From: Nitrososphaerota archaeon
Lineage (GTDB): Archaea; Thermoproteota; Nitrososphaeria; Nitrososphaerales; UBA57
Assembly (NCBI GenBank): GCA_013378385.1
Contig: JACAFS010000059.1
Location: 1 to 5,208, forward strand
DNA length: 5,208 nucleotides
Direction of reading: 5' to 3'
Shown: positions 5,064-5,208 of the stretch, piece after piece
How positions within the stretch are numbered: the first letter of the stretch is position 1
Layout of the letters: each line of letters opens with the position of its first letter
The notes under the pieces: generated by a model
Told to the model about the DNA's origin: nothing
Seen by the model: only the letters and a program-made list of their open reading frames with translations
Database searches by the model: none
Translations under genes and position numbers: made by a program

Positions 5064-5073
5064 TTATTTTTAT
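5064..5073 (+). promoter_or_regulatory. Putative TATA box for the tRNA gene
   Basis: TTATTTTTAT on the plus strand ends 22 nt before the predicted tRNA 5' end at 5096. Confidence 0.45.
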
Positions 5074-5095
5074 GTGTTCAAGGATATTCATATAT

Positions 5096-5194
5096 GCCGA
5101 GATGGCAGAGTGGTCATCAGTAGAACACAATAATGCGCGGGCCTTGAAAGACTGTGTCCTCCGTGACTCGTGGGTTCGAATCCCACTCTCGGAG
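5096..5194 (+). tRNA. tRNA-Ser (anticodon UGA), class II, with a ~14-15 nt extra segment in the D-loop (putative non-canonical intron, about 5117-5131)
   Basis: Hand fold. Acceptor stem 5097-5102 pairs with 5187-5192 (6 bp), with 5096 G opposite 5193 A. U8 G9 follow. D-stem GCA 5105-5107 pairs with UGC 5134-5136, and the D-loop starts GAGUGGUCA. Anticodon loop CUUGAAA is at 5143-5149, giving anticodon UGA at 5145-5147. A 15-nt variable arm spans 5155-5169 (GUC/GAC stem). T-arm is GUGGG-UUCGAAU-CCCAC at 5170-5186. Discriminator is G5194 and no CCA is encoded. The D-loop region is about 14-15 nt too long for a mature class-II tRNA. Confidence 0.75.
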
Positions 5195-5208
5195 TTTCGA
5201 TTCTATAA

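Noticed and set aside
5118-5142. Alternative tRNA model with a 20-nt intron (5122-5141) giving a perfect CAGUC/GACUG anticodon stem
   Set aside because: It deletes the only sequence (UGC 5134-5136) able to form the 3' half of the D-stem. That leaves a 13-nt unpaired D region, which is not plausible for an archaeal cytoplasmic tRNA.
5136-5165. Alternative tRNA model: anticodon stem CGGGC paired with G5150 + UCCG (5160-5163) after removing a second 9-nt intron (5151-5159)
   Set aside because: This gives a better stem, but it destroys the long variable arm that all non-mitochondrial tRNA-Ser need. It leaves an atypical 6-nt variable loop and requires an intron shorter than any archaeal tRNA intron I know of. 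I keep it only as a competing precursor helix.
1-5208. Search for CRISPR repeats, IS ends or terminal inverted repeats, integrase/att sites next to the tRNA, and defence or toxin-antitoxin gene pairs
   Set aside because: No spaced direct repeats, no transposase- or integrase-like ORF, and no duplicated tRNA 3' fragment are visible within the 14 nt that remain after the tRNA. The window ends too soon to exclude an island integrated downstream of the tRNA.

Overview
AT-rich, gene-dense archaeal chromosomal segment. By inference it comes from a marine Nitrosopumilales-like thaumarchaeon: it has the archaeal Sm-L37e gene pair, TATA-like boxes ending 21-30 nt upstream of start codons, a PduO-type corrinoid adenosyltransferase, and a class-II tRNA with an extra segment in its D-loop. 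I support ten protein-coding genes and one tRNA. On the minus strand, right to left: thioredoxin; a GNAT acetyltransferase with a long uncharacterised C-terminal half; Sm-like protein plus ribosomal protein L37e; a membrane-anchored coiled-coil protein, a 68-aa basic protein and ribose-5-phosphate isomerase A, tightly packed; a 101-aa orphan; an IscA/HesB Fe-S carrier; and the first 80 codons of a dual-specificity-phosphatase-like gene, which the ORF track missed because it runs off the left edge. On the plus strand: a PduO-type ATP:cob(I)alamin adenosyltransferase and tRNA-Ser(UGA). I see no transposase, integrase, CRISPR array, toxin-antitoxin pair, recognisable defence gene or long DNA repeat, so this reads as core housekeeping territory. 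Three things are most worth a second look. (i) The translationally coupled pair of uncharacterised genes (262-aa TM/coiled-coil protein and 68-aa basic protein) sits directly upstream of rpiA. (ii) The tRNA-Ser gene has a ~14-15 nt D-loop insertion, two G-A mismatches and strong competing helices. (iii) The 101-aa orphan next to iscA and the Trp-rich C-terminal half of the GNAT protein have no assignable function. None of these can be called a new system from reading the sequence alone.
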